Source: Prasinococcaceae sp. CCMP 1430
Lineage: Eukaryota; Plantae; Prasinodermophyta
DNA length: 25,276 nt
Assembly (NCBI GenBank): GCA_013416795.1
Contig: RQSC01000535.1
Location: forward strand, 1 to 25,276
Direction of reading: 5' to 3'
In this document: in pieces, positions 1 through 8,320 of the stretch
Layout of the letters: each line of letters starts with the position of its first letter
How positions within the stretch are numbered: the first letter of the stretch is position 1
Position numbers and translations under genes: made by a program
The notes under the pieces: model-generated
Told to the model about the DNA's origin: nothing
What the model saw: the letters and a program-made list of their open reading frames with translations, nothing else
Databases searched by the model: none

Positions 1-506
1 GTGCTCTTCACCAAGCGCTCCGTGTGCGAGTCAGAGGTCCCGCCGCGCGCGATGGCGGCGCCCGCGCCGGCGGCCGCCGTCGACGTCGTCGACTGGGAGG
101 GCACGCCCACCGGCCAGGTGCAGCTGAGCCTGACCGTGCCCGAGGGGGGCACGGCCGAGCACGTCGTCCACCGCAAGCTGGTGCAGGAGCTCGCCAACCG
201 GCGGCAGGGTTCGGCGAACACCAAGACGCGCGCCGAGGTCTCGGGCGGCGGCAAGAAGCCCTTTGCGCAGAAGGGCACCGGCCGCGCGAGGCAGGGCTCG
301 AGCCGCACGCCGCTCAAGCCGGGCGGCGGCGTCTCCTTCGGCCCCAAGCCGCGCGACTTCTCGCTCAAGATGAACAAGAAGGAGAAGCGGCTCGCCATCG
401 CGGCCAGCCTGCAGAACGCCGCGCCGGACATGACCGTCGTCGAGGACTACGACGACAAGTTCGCCGACGGGCCCGCCACCAAGGAGTTCGCCAGCGCGCT
501 CAAGAG
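1..506 (+). CDS. RPL4: Plastid 50S ribosomal protein L4 (uL4c), nuclear-encoded; 5'-partial, exon ends at a donor site, 3' exon not found in window
   Basis: uL4 signature RRQGSANTKTRAEVSGGGKKPFAQKGTGRARQGSSRTPLKPGGGVSFGPKPRDF followed by plastid-type KMNKKEKRLAI...VVEDY...TKEF. Similarity stops at AAG AG|GTGCGT (donor 507-512, same hexamer as MFS intron 1). N-terminus looks like the end of a transit peptide. Confidence 0.9.
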
Positions 507-542
507 GTGCGTTTCGCGCGCGCGGGAGACGGGCGGGACGCG

Positions 543-561
543 GCGCGCGCGCGCGCGCGCG
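543..561. repeat. (GC)n dinucleotide tract
   Basis: GCGCGCGCGCGCGCGCGCG read directly, followed by an A9 run at 569-577. Confidence 0.9.
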
Positions 562-577
562 GCGCCGGAAAAAAAAA

Positions 578-583
578 TGGGCC
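578..583 (+). promoter_or_regulatory. Possible site II-like element (TGGGCC) upstream of the complex I gene
   Basis: TGGGCC lies between A-runs about 180 bp upstream of the NDUFS1 core. TGGGCY is common in land-plant respiratory-chain gene promoters, but a 6-mer is weak evidence. Confidence 0.25.
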
Positions 584-762
584 ACAAAACCCCCGCGCGC
601 GACGCGTGGCGCGCGGGGGGGGCACGCGGGGAGAAGCGGCGCGCCCCGCGCGCCCCGCCCCCCCTGAGCTTGGACGTGGCGGGATGTTTGCACCTGCGGC
701 GACGCTCGCCGCCGCGGGGGAGGGGAGGGGGCGCCGAGGCGCCCGCGCCTCCACCCGACACC

Positions 763-2901
763 ATGTCGTGCACCGTCGACGGCCGCGAAATCCATGTCGC
801 CAAGGGCAGCACGGTGCTGCAGGCGTGCGACGCGGCGGGCGTGGACATCCCGCGCTTCTGCTACCACCAGCGGCTGTCGATCGCGGGCAACTGCCGCATG
901 TGCCTGGTGGAGGTCGAGAAAGCCCCCAAGCCCGTCGCGTCGTGCGCGATGCCGCTTGCGCCGGGCATGAACATCAAGACGGACACACCACTCGTCAAGA
1001 AGGCTCGCGAGGGCGTCATGGAGTTCCTGCTGGCGAACCACCCGTTGGACTGCCCGATCTGCGATCAGGGCGGCGAGTGCGACCTGCAGGACCAGAGTAT
1101 GATGTTTGGCTCCGACCGCTCGCGCTTCACGGAGGCCAAGCGCGGTGTCGAGGACAAGAATCTCGGCCCGCTCGTCAAGACGGTCATGACGCGCTGCATC
1201 CACTGCACGCGCTGCGTGCGCTTCGCGACCGAGGTCGCCGGCGTGCCGGAGCTTGGCACGCTCGCGCGTGGCCGCGAGTCGGAGATCGGAACCTACGTCG
1301 AGCGCCTCTTCGACTCCGAGCTGTCGGGCAACGTGATCGACCTTTGCCCCGTCGGTGCTCTGACGTCCAAGCCGTACGCGTTCACCGCGCGCAGCTGGGA
1401 GCTCAAGGCTACCGAGAGCATCGACACCAGCGACGCGCTTGGCGCGCACGTGCGCGTCGACTCGCGCGGTACCGAGGTGATGCGCGTGGTGCCCCGCCTC
1501 AACGAGGACATCAATGAGGAGTGGATCACCGACCGTGCGCGCTTCTCGTACGATGGCCTCAAGCGCCAGCGCCTCGACCAGCCGTACGTGCGCAAGGGAG
1601 GTGTGCTGCAGCCGGCGAGCTGGCCGGAGGCGCTGGGGGCCGCGGCGGCCGCAGCCAACAAGAGTGCCGAGCATGACGGCCTCAGCACAGTGGTGGGCTC
1701 GCAAGCCGACGCTGAGAGCATGACCGCCCTGAAGGACATGATGGCCTCGCTTGGGTGCAGCCGCTTCGCGTTCGAGGGCGACAATCTGAGTGACGCCGAT
1801 CTGCGCTCGGCCTACACGTACAACTCGGGCGTGGCCGCCACAAACGACGCCGACGCCGTCCTGTACGTCGGCTGCGACCCCCGCAAGGAAGCGCCCATCG
1901 TCAGCCTTTATGTCCAGCGCGGCGTGAAGGGCACGACCTGCCAGGCGGCCAACATCGGCGAGGCCCTCGACCTGCAGTACGACTGCGAGCACCTGGGCGA
2001 GACCGTGGCCGAGCTCGAGAAGATGCTCAAGAAGGGCGGCAGCGCCTTCGGCGAGGCGCTCAGGGGCGCGGAGCGCCCACAGATCATTGTTGGCTCGGGC
2101 GTGTTCAAGCGCGCCGACTCGGAGGCGGTCATGAACCTCGTGCAGCGCGTGGCCGAAAAGACTGGCGTGGTGAACGCCCAGACCGGATACAACGGGCTCA
2201 ACGTGCTTCACGCCGCCGCGGCGCGCACCGCAGCTCTCGATCTTGGCCTGGTGAATGGCCCCGGCGTTGACGAGAGCGCCGCGCCCACCTTCGTGTACCT
2301 GCTTGGCGCAGACGACTTCTCGGCCGCGCAGGTGCCCGAAGGTGCCTTCGTCGTGTACCAAGGCTCGCACGGCGATGCCGGTGCGAGCCGTGCAGACGTC
2401 GTGCTTCCGGGCTGCGCCTCGACCGAGAAGGCGGCCACCTACGTCAATACCGAGGGCCGTGTGCAGCGCACGCGCCCGGCGGCACCACTGGTGGGCGATG
2501 CTCGTGAGGACTGGACAATTGTACGTGCCCTCTCTGAGGTAGCTGGCTCGCCCATCCCACACGACGACGTGCACTCGCTTCGCGCGCGCATGGCGGACAT
2601 ATCTCCTACTTTTGACAACCTGGATGTGCTTGAGGAGGGCAAGACATGGATCACCCCCAAGGCTAAGGGCACGGTAGACAGTGCCACGCCGCTGGCGTCG
2701 GGCGTGGAGAACTTCTACCAGACAGACGCTGTGTCGCGCGCCAGCTCAACCATGGCGCGCGCTCGCGCGATGAAGGCGGGCATCACGCCCAGGGCTGGGC
2801 TCAGCGTGGCCGAGGCATCCAAGTGGGACGCCGCGCTCGGGCGCGCCAAGCAGGATCGCATCAAGGAGGCGTCTAACCCGGTCAACACACAAGCGGCGTG
2901 A
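763..2901 (+). CDS. NDUFS1: NADH:ubiquinone oxidoreductase 75 kDa Fe-S subunit (NuoG/Nad11 homolog); true start and presequence probably upstream of 763
   Basis: IPRFCYHQRLSIAGNCRMCLVE...ASC (N1b ligands), NHPLDCPICDQGGECDLQDQ (N5), MTRCIHCTRCVRF...DLCPVGAL (N4), INEEWITDRARF, TYVNTEGRVQ, NFYQTDAVSRAS. Intronless to TGA at 2899-2901. Upstream ATGs: 577 (in frame) and 684 (out of frame, before G-runs). Confidence 0.97.
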   Translation: MSCTVDGREIHVAKGSTVLQACDAAGVDIPRFCYHQRLSIAGNCRMCLVEVEKAPKPVASCAMPLAPGMNIKTDTPLVKKAREGVMEFLLANHPLDCPICDQGGECDLQDQSMMFGSDRSRFTEAKRGVEDKNLGPLVKTVMTRCIHCTRCVRFATEVAGVPELGTLARGRESEIGTYVERLFDSELSGNVIDLCPVGALTSKPYAFTARSWELKATESIDTSDALGAHVRVDSRGTEVMRVVPRLNEDINEEWITDRARFSYDGLKRQRLDQPYVRKGGVLQPASWPEALGAAAAAANKSAEHDGLSTVVGSQADAESMTALKDMMASLGCSRFAFEGDNLSDADLRSAYTYNSGVAATNDADAVLYVGCDPRKEAPIVSLYVQRGVKGTTCQAANIGEALDLQYDCEHLGETVAELEKMLKKGGSAFGEALRGAERPQIIVGSGVFKRADSEAVMNLVQRVAEKTGVVNAQTGYNGLNVLHAAAARTAALDLGLVNGPGVDESAAPTFVYLLGADDFSAAQVPEGAFVVYQGSHGDAGASRADVVLPGCASTEKAATYVNTEGRVQRTRPAAPLVGDAREDWTIVRALSEVAGSPIPHDDVHSLRARMADISPTFDNLDVLEEGKTWITPKAKGTVDSATPLASGVENFYQTDAVSRASSTMARARAMKAGITPRAGLSVAEASKWDAALGRAKQDRIKEASNPVNTQAA

Positions 2902-3001
2902 GAACAGCGAGTTCGATCGGGTAAATATTTTGTGACATTTTTCATCGCTGTTGTTGAGGCTTGCGTGAGCCGCCGACCGCGCCAGCTACAGCAGTCTACT
3001 G

Positions 3002-4670
3002 TCACAGTCTACTCGCACCCTTGCTTGGGGTGGTGTTCTCGGGCTGGGCGTCGGCGGCGGTGCGCGTGATCTTCTCCAGCGCTGTCATGCAGTACCAGCT
3101 CACGAGCATCATCACCACGGTGAGCATGAACATACCTGCGATGGGGAAGATCGAGGCATTGTAGAGGACCACACACACGAACAGATTCAGGGGTACGCGG
3201 AAGAGGTTGATGATGGTGGACCGAACGTCCTCTGGCACGTACTTGGAGCGCAGAGTCATGAGCGACGGCCAGAAGATTCCGACACAGCACTGCACCAGCG
3301 CGTGCGTGTGCGTGCGCGCGCGCGCATGCGTGTGTTGTGCGCGTGACGTGTCGATCGACCCTTTTGTCAGGTACAACGGGTGGCAAACAAAGCGCGCACA
3401 TGCACAAGGGCAGACGAGGCATGGCCTCCACGGCCAGTCCACGCGCACCTCGAAACAGAGAAACGCCATCAGCTTGATCTTGCCGCCAATCGGCAGGTTG
3501 CCACCTGGTTTGCCCCCGTCAGAGCTCGTGACAACGGGCACGAACAGGCAGAGCGCGGCCACGCCCATCACTGTGCGCATGTACGCCTCGACGCGCCTGC
3601 CTTGCGTCGCCATGAGCTTGTTGGCCAGCGCGGACCCGACCATCGAGCACGCCATCATCACCGCGAATATGAACCCATGCGGGATGTCCTCGTCGTTTGG
3701 CGACAGCGCTGGCGTCCAAAGGAACACGAAGGTGTACATGGCACCCTCAAAGCAGCTCTGGATGGCCCCTAGCAGGAGGACGCGGCGATCGGAGCGGATC
3801 GCACCGATCGCCACCTTGTACTGCTCCGCGATGTTCTGCTCGCTGACGTCGCCGAAGTTTTCCGCCCACTTGTAATAGATGATGGCCGCCCCTATGGCAA
3901 GCACGACAATCGCAGCGTCAAAAGGCGCCACTGGGCCCTGCTGCGCGGTGTACACGAGCGTGTTGGCGACCAGCCCGCTCAGGATGGCCACGAGGCCGTT
4001 GCCGAAGAAGACGGCCTTCGAGAACGTGCCACCCAGCCACTCAGCGGGGAAGTTGCGCTTGCCGTGCTCCGCCACCACCCACGCCTCGAACGCGCTGAAC
4101 AGAAGGCTCGTCGCAATACCTCCGAAGAACCTACCGAGCATCAGCACCGGGTAGCTGGGGGAGTGCTTGGTGATGCAACTGCAGATGTACGTCGCGCAGT
4201 AGAGCAGCGCCGCCTTCTTACGGCCGTACTTGTCGGCGAGAGAGCCGACGACCGTACCGAAGAGCAGCGAGGCACCAAACCCTGCGATGAAGAGCTTGCC
4301 GATGTCCCCGACGCCATAACCTTCGCCGGGGCCGCGCAGCGGGGCGTGGGCGCGTGTCAACAGGCGGCACGCGCGACCGTGGCGGTGCGGCAGGGAGCGG
4401 ACAGGGCGTGGCGCTCCCCGTTCGCGCCGCGGCGGCGCGGCCCGCTGCGCCGCGCCCGCAATAACACGCACCGTAGTGCGAGTACAGGGCGTACACGTAC
4501 GGCCCCTGCAGCCAGTCACCCGCCATCATGAGCGAGTACACCAGGAGGTAGTTGGAGCGGAAGGCCATGAACTCCTTGCTCATGCCGACGGTCCCCTTCG
4601 GCGCGCTGAGGTCCAGCGAGACGGCACCGCCGCCCGCGAGGAGCAGCAGCAGCCAGTAGAAGCCCTCCAT
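3002..4670 (-). CDS. MOT2: MFS_5 family transporter (MFSD5/MOT2; molybdate transporter or putative Golgi SAM transporter), 3 exons: 4670-4472, 4320-3449, 3289-3002, 452 aa
   Basis: FRSNYLLVYSLMMAGDWLQGPYVYALYSHYG / YGVGDIGKLFIAGFGAS, GRFFGGIATSLLFSAFEAW, FEGAMYTFVFLWTP, VGIFWPSL...R.KYVPEDVRSTIINLFRVPLN. Removing two GT-AG introns gives one continuous family-length frame. Confidence 0.93.
3290..3448 (-). other. Spliceosomal intron 2 of the MFS gene (159 nt, phase 0)
   Basis: GAG|GTGCGC donor, CCTGAC branch-like motif, TGCAG|TGC acceptor. Removes a non-homologous 53-codon insert and restores FLCFE-CCVGIFWP. Confidence 0.88.
4321..4471 (-). other. Spliceosomal intron 1 of the MFS gene (151 nt, phase 1)
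   Basis: TACG|GTGCGT donor, TTGAC branch-like motif, GAAG|GT acceptor. Joins two frames to give YSHYG-YGVGDIG. Confidence 0.88.
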
Positions 4671-5220
4671 GGCTGCGCGCGCCCCGTTGTTGGGCGGGTG
4701 GAGGGCGAACGCCGGGGGGGCGGAGGGGGGCACGGCCACGCCCTCGTGGCCCAGCCTCGTGCCCGCGCCCGCGGCGCGCGGGGTCTGGGCACAGCGGCGC
4801 CAGTCGGCAGATGATTGGGGCGCGATCGATCCGCCGGCCGGTGCCGCTTGATTTGAATGTCATCATCACAATCTGCATCAAGGCCGCGCCGAAGGTTTGG
4901 TTGAACGTGAGGCCATACCTACCCACACAACGTCAGTATCGATCGATGATGGGCCGGTCCGTGGCCCTCCGGAAAGCCGCGCAGACAGACCGGGTCTGAA
5001 TCAGGCGTGACCCCATTCGTCCGCAGACAGATGCCCCGTGGTCGCGAATCTGACCAGGATTCCGAGGGTAAAGGACCGCCCACCGTCGGGTTCCCCGCGC
5101 GCTCGCCGGGTCTGGTCGGGGTCTCGTACTGGACGAGTTGCGCTGGCGGTGGGGAGGGTGAGTCTGCCGCACCTGTCGCCAGCGATGGGGCAGCCACAGC
5201 TCGCACCTGTGCGGCGCTGG

Positions 5221-5267
5221 TGGGTGGGTGGGTGGGTGGGTGGGTGGGGTGGGGTGGGGGGGGGGGG
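5221..5267 (+). repeat. (TGGG)n / poly-G tract with G-quadruplex potential
   Basis: (TGGG)6(TGGGG)2 T G12, ending one base before the ATG at 5269. Confidence 0.85.
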
Positions 5268-5268
5268 C

Positions 5269-7746
5269 ATGGTGGTGGCATCGCGCGCCGCGGCGGACGC
5301 TGCGCTCGCCGTGGTGGCAATTGCGCTCGTTGCCGTCATCACGGCCACACACAGCCCCGCCGCCGCCGAGCGCGCAGTAGTAGCGGACGCGAGATCGGCC
5401 CGCGAGGCGTTTCCGTATGGGTTCCTGCACGTTCCGAAGACGGGCGGCACCAGCGTGAAAGCGAGCTTCGGTGCGGCGGGGGTCCAGCTTCCCGGTGGCC
5501 GCCAAGGCCCGTTCCCGCTCGATTCGCTGGACGTGCGCTACGAGGCGTGCTCAGCGTGGCATCGGCCCCCCGCCGAAGTCGCTGAGCGGCGAGGGGGGCA
5601 GCTGGCCGACGAGACATTCGCAGTCGTTCGCCACCCTTACGACCGCATGCTAAGCGAGTGGCGCTGGACGCACGCACTGCTTCCACTTTTCTACGAGCAC
5701 GCCGAGGCGGCGGTGCGCGGCGAGGTGTGCCCTGAGCTCGCCAATTCGACAGGCAGGGCTGTGCCTCAGCCACCGTCACACCAGGGGTGGCCGCCGACGG
5801 ACGAGGCGGCGCGCAGGGGACGGCCCCGTTCGATGGAAACGGCTGCATTGCGATTCGTAGCGCCGCAGTCCAAGCTGAGTGCGGGCTACAGCAGCTGCGC
5901 GCAAGGTGAGAAGGGCCCATGCAAGATAGCGCGGGCCATTCCGACTAGTCGAGAGAGCGAGTGGGCGCGAGCGGCGTGCAACTGCGGCTCCTTCCGGCGA
6001 TGGGCGCAGTGCGCTGTCGAGATTGCCACCAGTCGCTTCGAGCAGCTCGAGGACTGCCACTTTTTGCCGCAGTGGCGCATTGCGCGCCACGCCACGCGCG
6101 TACATCGCCTCGAAGACGGGCTCGATGCCATGTTCAGGGACGAGGTGTCACGGGCGGTGATGAGCGGGTGGAACCCGGGGCGCGGCGTGGTCGCACGTGA
6201 TGCCAATGCGTCGACAGTTGCAGTCGTCACGGCGACGCAGCGACGTCTCATATGTCCCGCGGGGAACGACGTGGGGAGGCACTGTTTCGATCAGGCCACA
6301 TACGCCGCGGTGCACCGCCTCTTTGCGGACGACTTTGTTCACCTCGGGTACGAGGCGCACAGCCTCGACGGATTCCCCCCCACGGCCGCGGCGGAAGTGA
6401 AGGTGTCAGAGGACGCGGGGACCCTCCGCAAGCCAAGTACGGGCAGAGTAACGGCCAGGCCAAAATGGGATGACACCACAGAGCGCGAGGCGCGCGGGGC
6501 GTCGTACACCAAGGTCCTCGATGATACGGCGGAAGTGAAGGTGTCGGAGGACGCGGGGACCTTCCGCAAGCCAAGTACGGGCAGAGTACCGGCCAGGCCA
6601 AAATGGGATGACACCACAGAGCGCGAGGCGCGCGGGGCGTCGTACACCAAGGTCCTCGATGATCTCGAGAAGAGCTACGGCAGCAAAGCTACTGGCTCGG
6701 CCTTTCCAACAGCTGGCAGCATGACCACCGCAACCGCCCGCGCGGGCATTCTCGCTGAGGCCTGCCGCTCGAACGGTCAGTCGGGGGAGGCGTGGCTAAG
6801 CGACCATCGTGCGCAGGCGCGCGCGAGAGAGCATCCTCACGGGTCTGCGGACGGGGTGCAACTGGTGGCATTCTCGCTCGGGGTCCAGTCCGACGCGCTG
6901 CTGGGCGTGCTTTTGGCGTCCGCGGCGACGCAGGGCTTCCGCCCTGTCGACGTCGTCCGGCCCGCCGGCACCCGCTGGGAAGGTTTCATCCCGACCAAAA
7001 TTGTGACACTGCAGGCACATTTTGCGGCTATCGCCAGGGCAAGCCCAGAGGGGGAAGGGGTGCTGTACGCAGTGACAGATGTCGACGCTGTAGTACAGAG
7101 CGGGCCCGAAAGGCTGGAAGCGGCGTACAGAGCATTGGCTGCGCTCGCTCCGAGCGGGCGGGAGGGACCGTGCAGCGACGGCCTGCTGGTGATGGGGTCT
7201 GAGTCTCAGTGCTTCACTAATACGTGTCGAGGTGCTTGGGTGCCACCGGTCACCGACTCACGAGGCCGCTTGAGGTATGTCAACGGGGGCTTCTTGATGG
7301 GCAACGCAAAGGCGTTGGCTGGCTATTACGAGGCGATCATAGCCGAAAGCAAGCGGCGTGGTGTGAAGGCGCGTTCTGGGGATGACCAGTTGGTGGGCTA
7401 TGGTCTGGTCGGGCCCAGATCGCAGCTGCTCTCGAGCGACGCCCCGGCCGTGCGTGCGGTGAAGCATCCGCGCGCCAAGATATGCGCCGTGCTCGACGCC
7501 GACTCGACCACGGCCTTCACCATGACGGCCAAAGAGACCGGTGACAGGGACATCGCCGTCTTCAACGAGCCGGCCGGCTTCACACTGGCGCCGCTGGGGC
7601 AAGCGCCTGAGCAACGCCCGGTCATTTTGCACGTCCCAAATTTGAGAAGCCCCGCAAGGCGCCAATTCTACTGCAACGTGGCGTTCGACTGGCTCAACGT
7701 GTCGCTCACAGGCGCCGAGGCGCTCGCGACCGCCGCCGAGGCGTGA
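5269..7746 (+). CDS. Type II membrane protein: Sulfotransfer_2-like sulfotransferase fused to a PLOD-like GT-A glycosyltransferase domain
   Basis: Signal anchor AALAVVAIALVAVITA. Sulfotransferase motifs: 5'-PSB FLHVPKTGGTSV, 3'-PB FAVVRHPYDRMLSEW, DCHFLPQW, LFADDFVHLGY. C-terminal motifs TDVDAVV, MGSESQCF, RYVNGGFLMG, DDQL, VLD, PVILH follow the order of the lysyl hydroxylase GT domain (TDxYDV, FSAExxCWP, LNSGGFIG, DDQL, LD, P..xH). Confidence 0.8.
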   Translation: MVVASRAAADAALAVVAIALVAVITATHSPAAAERAVVADARSAREAFPYGFLHVPKTGGTSVKASFGAAGVQLPGGRQGPFPLDSLDVRYEACSAWHRPPAEVAERRGGQLADETFAVVRHPYDRMLSEWRWTHALLPLFYEHAEAAVRGEVCPELANSTGRAVPQPPSHQGWPPTDEAARRGRPRSMETAALRFVAPQSKLSAGYSSCAQGEKGPCKIARAIPTSRESEWARAACNCGSFRRWAQCAVEIATSRFEQLEDCHFLPQWRIARHATRVHRLEDGLDAMFRDEVSRAVMSGWNPGRGVVARDANASTVAVVTATQRRLICPAGNDVGRHCFDQATYAAVHRLFADDFVHLGYEAHSLDGFPPTAAAEVKVSEDAGTLRKPSTGRVTARPKWDDTTEREARGASYTKVLDDTAEVKVSEDAGTFRKPSTGRVPARPKWDDTTEREARGASYTKVLDDLEKSYGSKATGSAFPTAGSMTTATARAGILAEACRSNGQSGEAWLSDHRAQARAREHPHGSADGVQLVAFSLGVQSDALLGVLLASAATQGFRPVDVVRPAGTRWEGFIPTKIVTLQAHFAAIARASPEGEGVLYAVTDVDAVVQSGPERLEAAYRALAALAPSGREGPCSDGLLVMGSESQCFTNTCRGAWVPPVTDSRGRLRYVNGGFLMGNAKALAGYYEAIIAESKRRGVKARSGDDQLVGYGLVGPRSQLLSSDAPAVRAVKHPRAKICAVLDADSTTAFTMTAKETGDRDIAVFNEPAGFTLAPLGQAPEQRPVILHVPNLRSPARRQFYCNVAFDWLNVSLTGAEALATAAEA
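6389..6663 (+). repeat. In-frame tandem duplication, 2 x 138 bp (46 aa)
   Basis: Copies start at 6389 and 6527 (CGGCGGAAGTGAAGGTGTC...CTCGATGAT). Three substitutions seen: TCA/TCG, CTC/TTC, ACG/CCG. Confidence 0.95.
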
Positions 7747-8320
7747 GGGCGCGTGGGCGGCGCCGAGGGCGTCTGCGGTCGGCTCGGGAGTGCACTGCAC
7801 ACGTAACATAGTACTAGTCACTAGTCTAATGTTTGTGAGGATGAACGCTCTCCCTCTAGTAGCTAGAGAGTGCCTCCCGACTTCGACTGATGACCCTGCT
7901 TTTGCTGTCGTTGCTTAGCACCAGTTGGTGGCCTTCCCGGACACGAGGAAGGCTTCGAAGCCTTCGATCCAAATTCCTCGCCGGGTGTGCGCGCGGCCGG
8001 GGGAACCGGAACCCGCGGGCATGCATTTCGCGACGTGCAGCAATGCAGTCTCTCGAACGAAAGCATTGAAAACGCGCGTCAGAAATTTCGAGAGAGCGCA
8101 TCTCGCAGCCGCCCCGCCCGCGCGCCCCACTGGCGAGCTGCGCGCGAGCGCAAGCTGGGTTGGTTGGACGCGCCGCGTCACGCGAGCGCCTCGGCGCGGT
8201 GCAGGCCGGCCACAGCGGGTGCGACGCGCGCGCGCGCGCGCGCACAATGAGCGGAGGCGCGGGCGCGATGCGGAGGCGCCGCGGCAGTGTGTGGCGGCGA
8301 GCACGCCGCAGAAGCTGTCG

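Noticed and set aside
31-2574. Long antisense and alternate-frame ORFs (31-2574, 24-1517, 16931-18139, 18140-19429, 21222-22769 and others)
   Set aside because: They are shadows of GC-biased codon usage over real genes; low complexity with no motifs.
1-2901. 966-aa RPL4-NDUFS1 fusion protein as given in the ORF track
   Set aside because: The joining segment begins with a splice donor and is microsatellite/promoter-like. Stop-free stretches are common at this GC content, and the two proteins belong to different organelles.
3290-4471. Introner-type repetitive introns
   Set aside because: The two introns and the RPL4 intron start share only the GTGCG donor. No mutual similarity or terminal repeats are visible within the window.
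5221-5254. Interstitial telomeric repeat
   Set aside because: The unit is TGGG, not the TTTAGGG/TTAGGG type expected in green algae.
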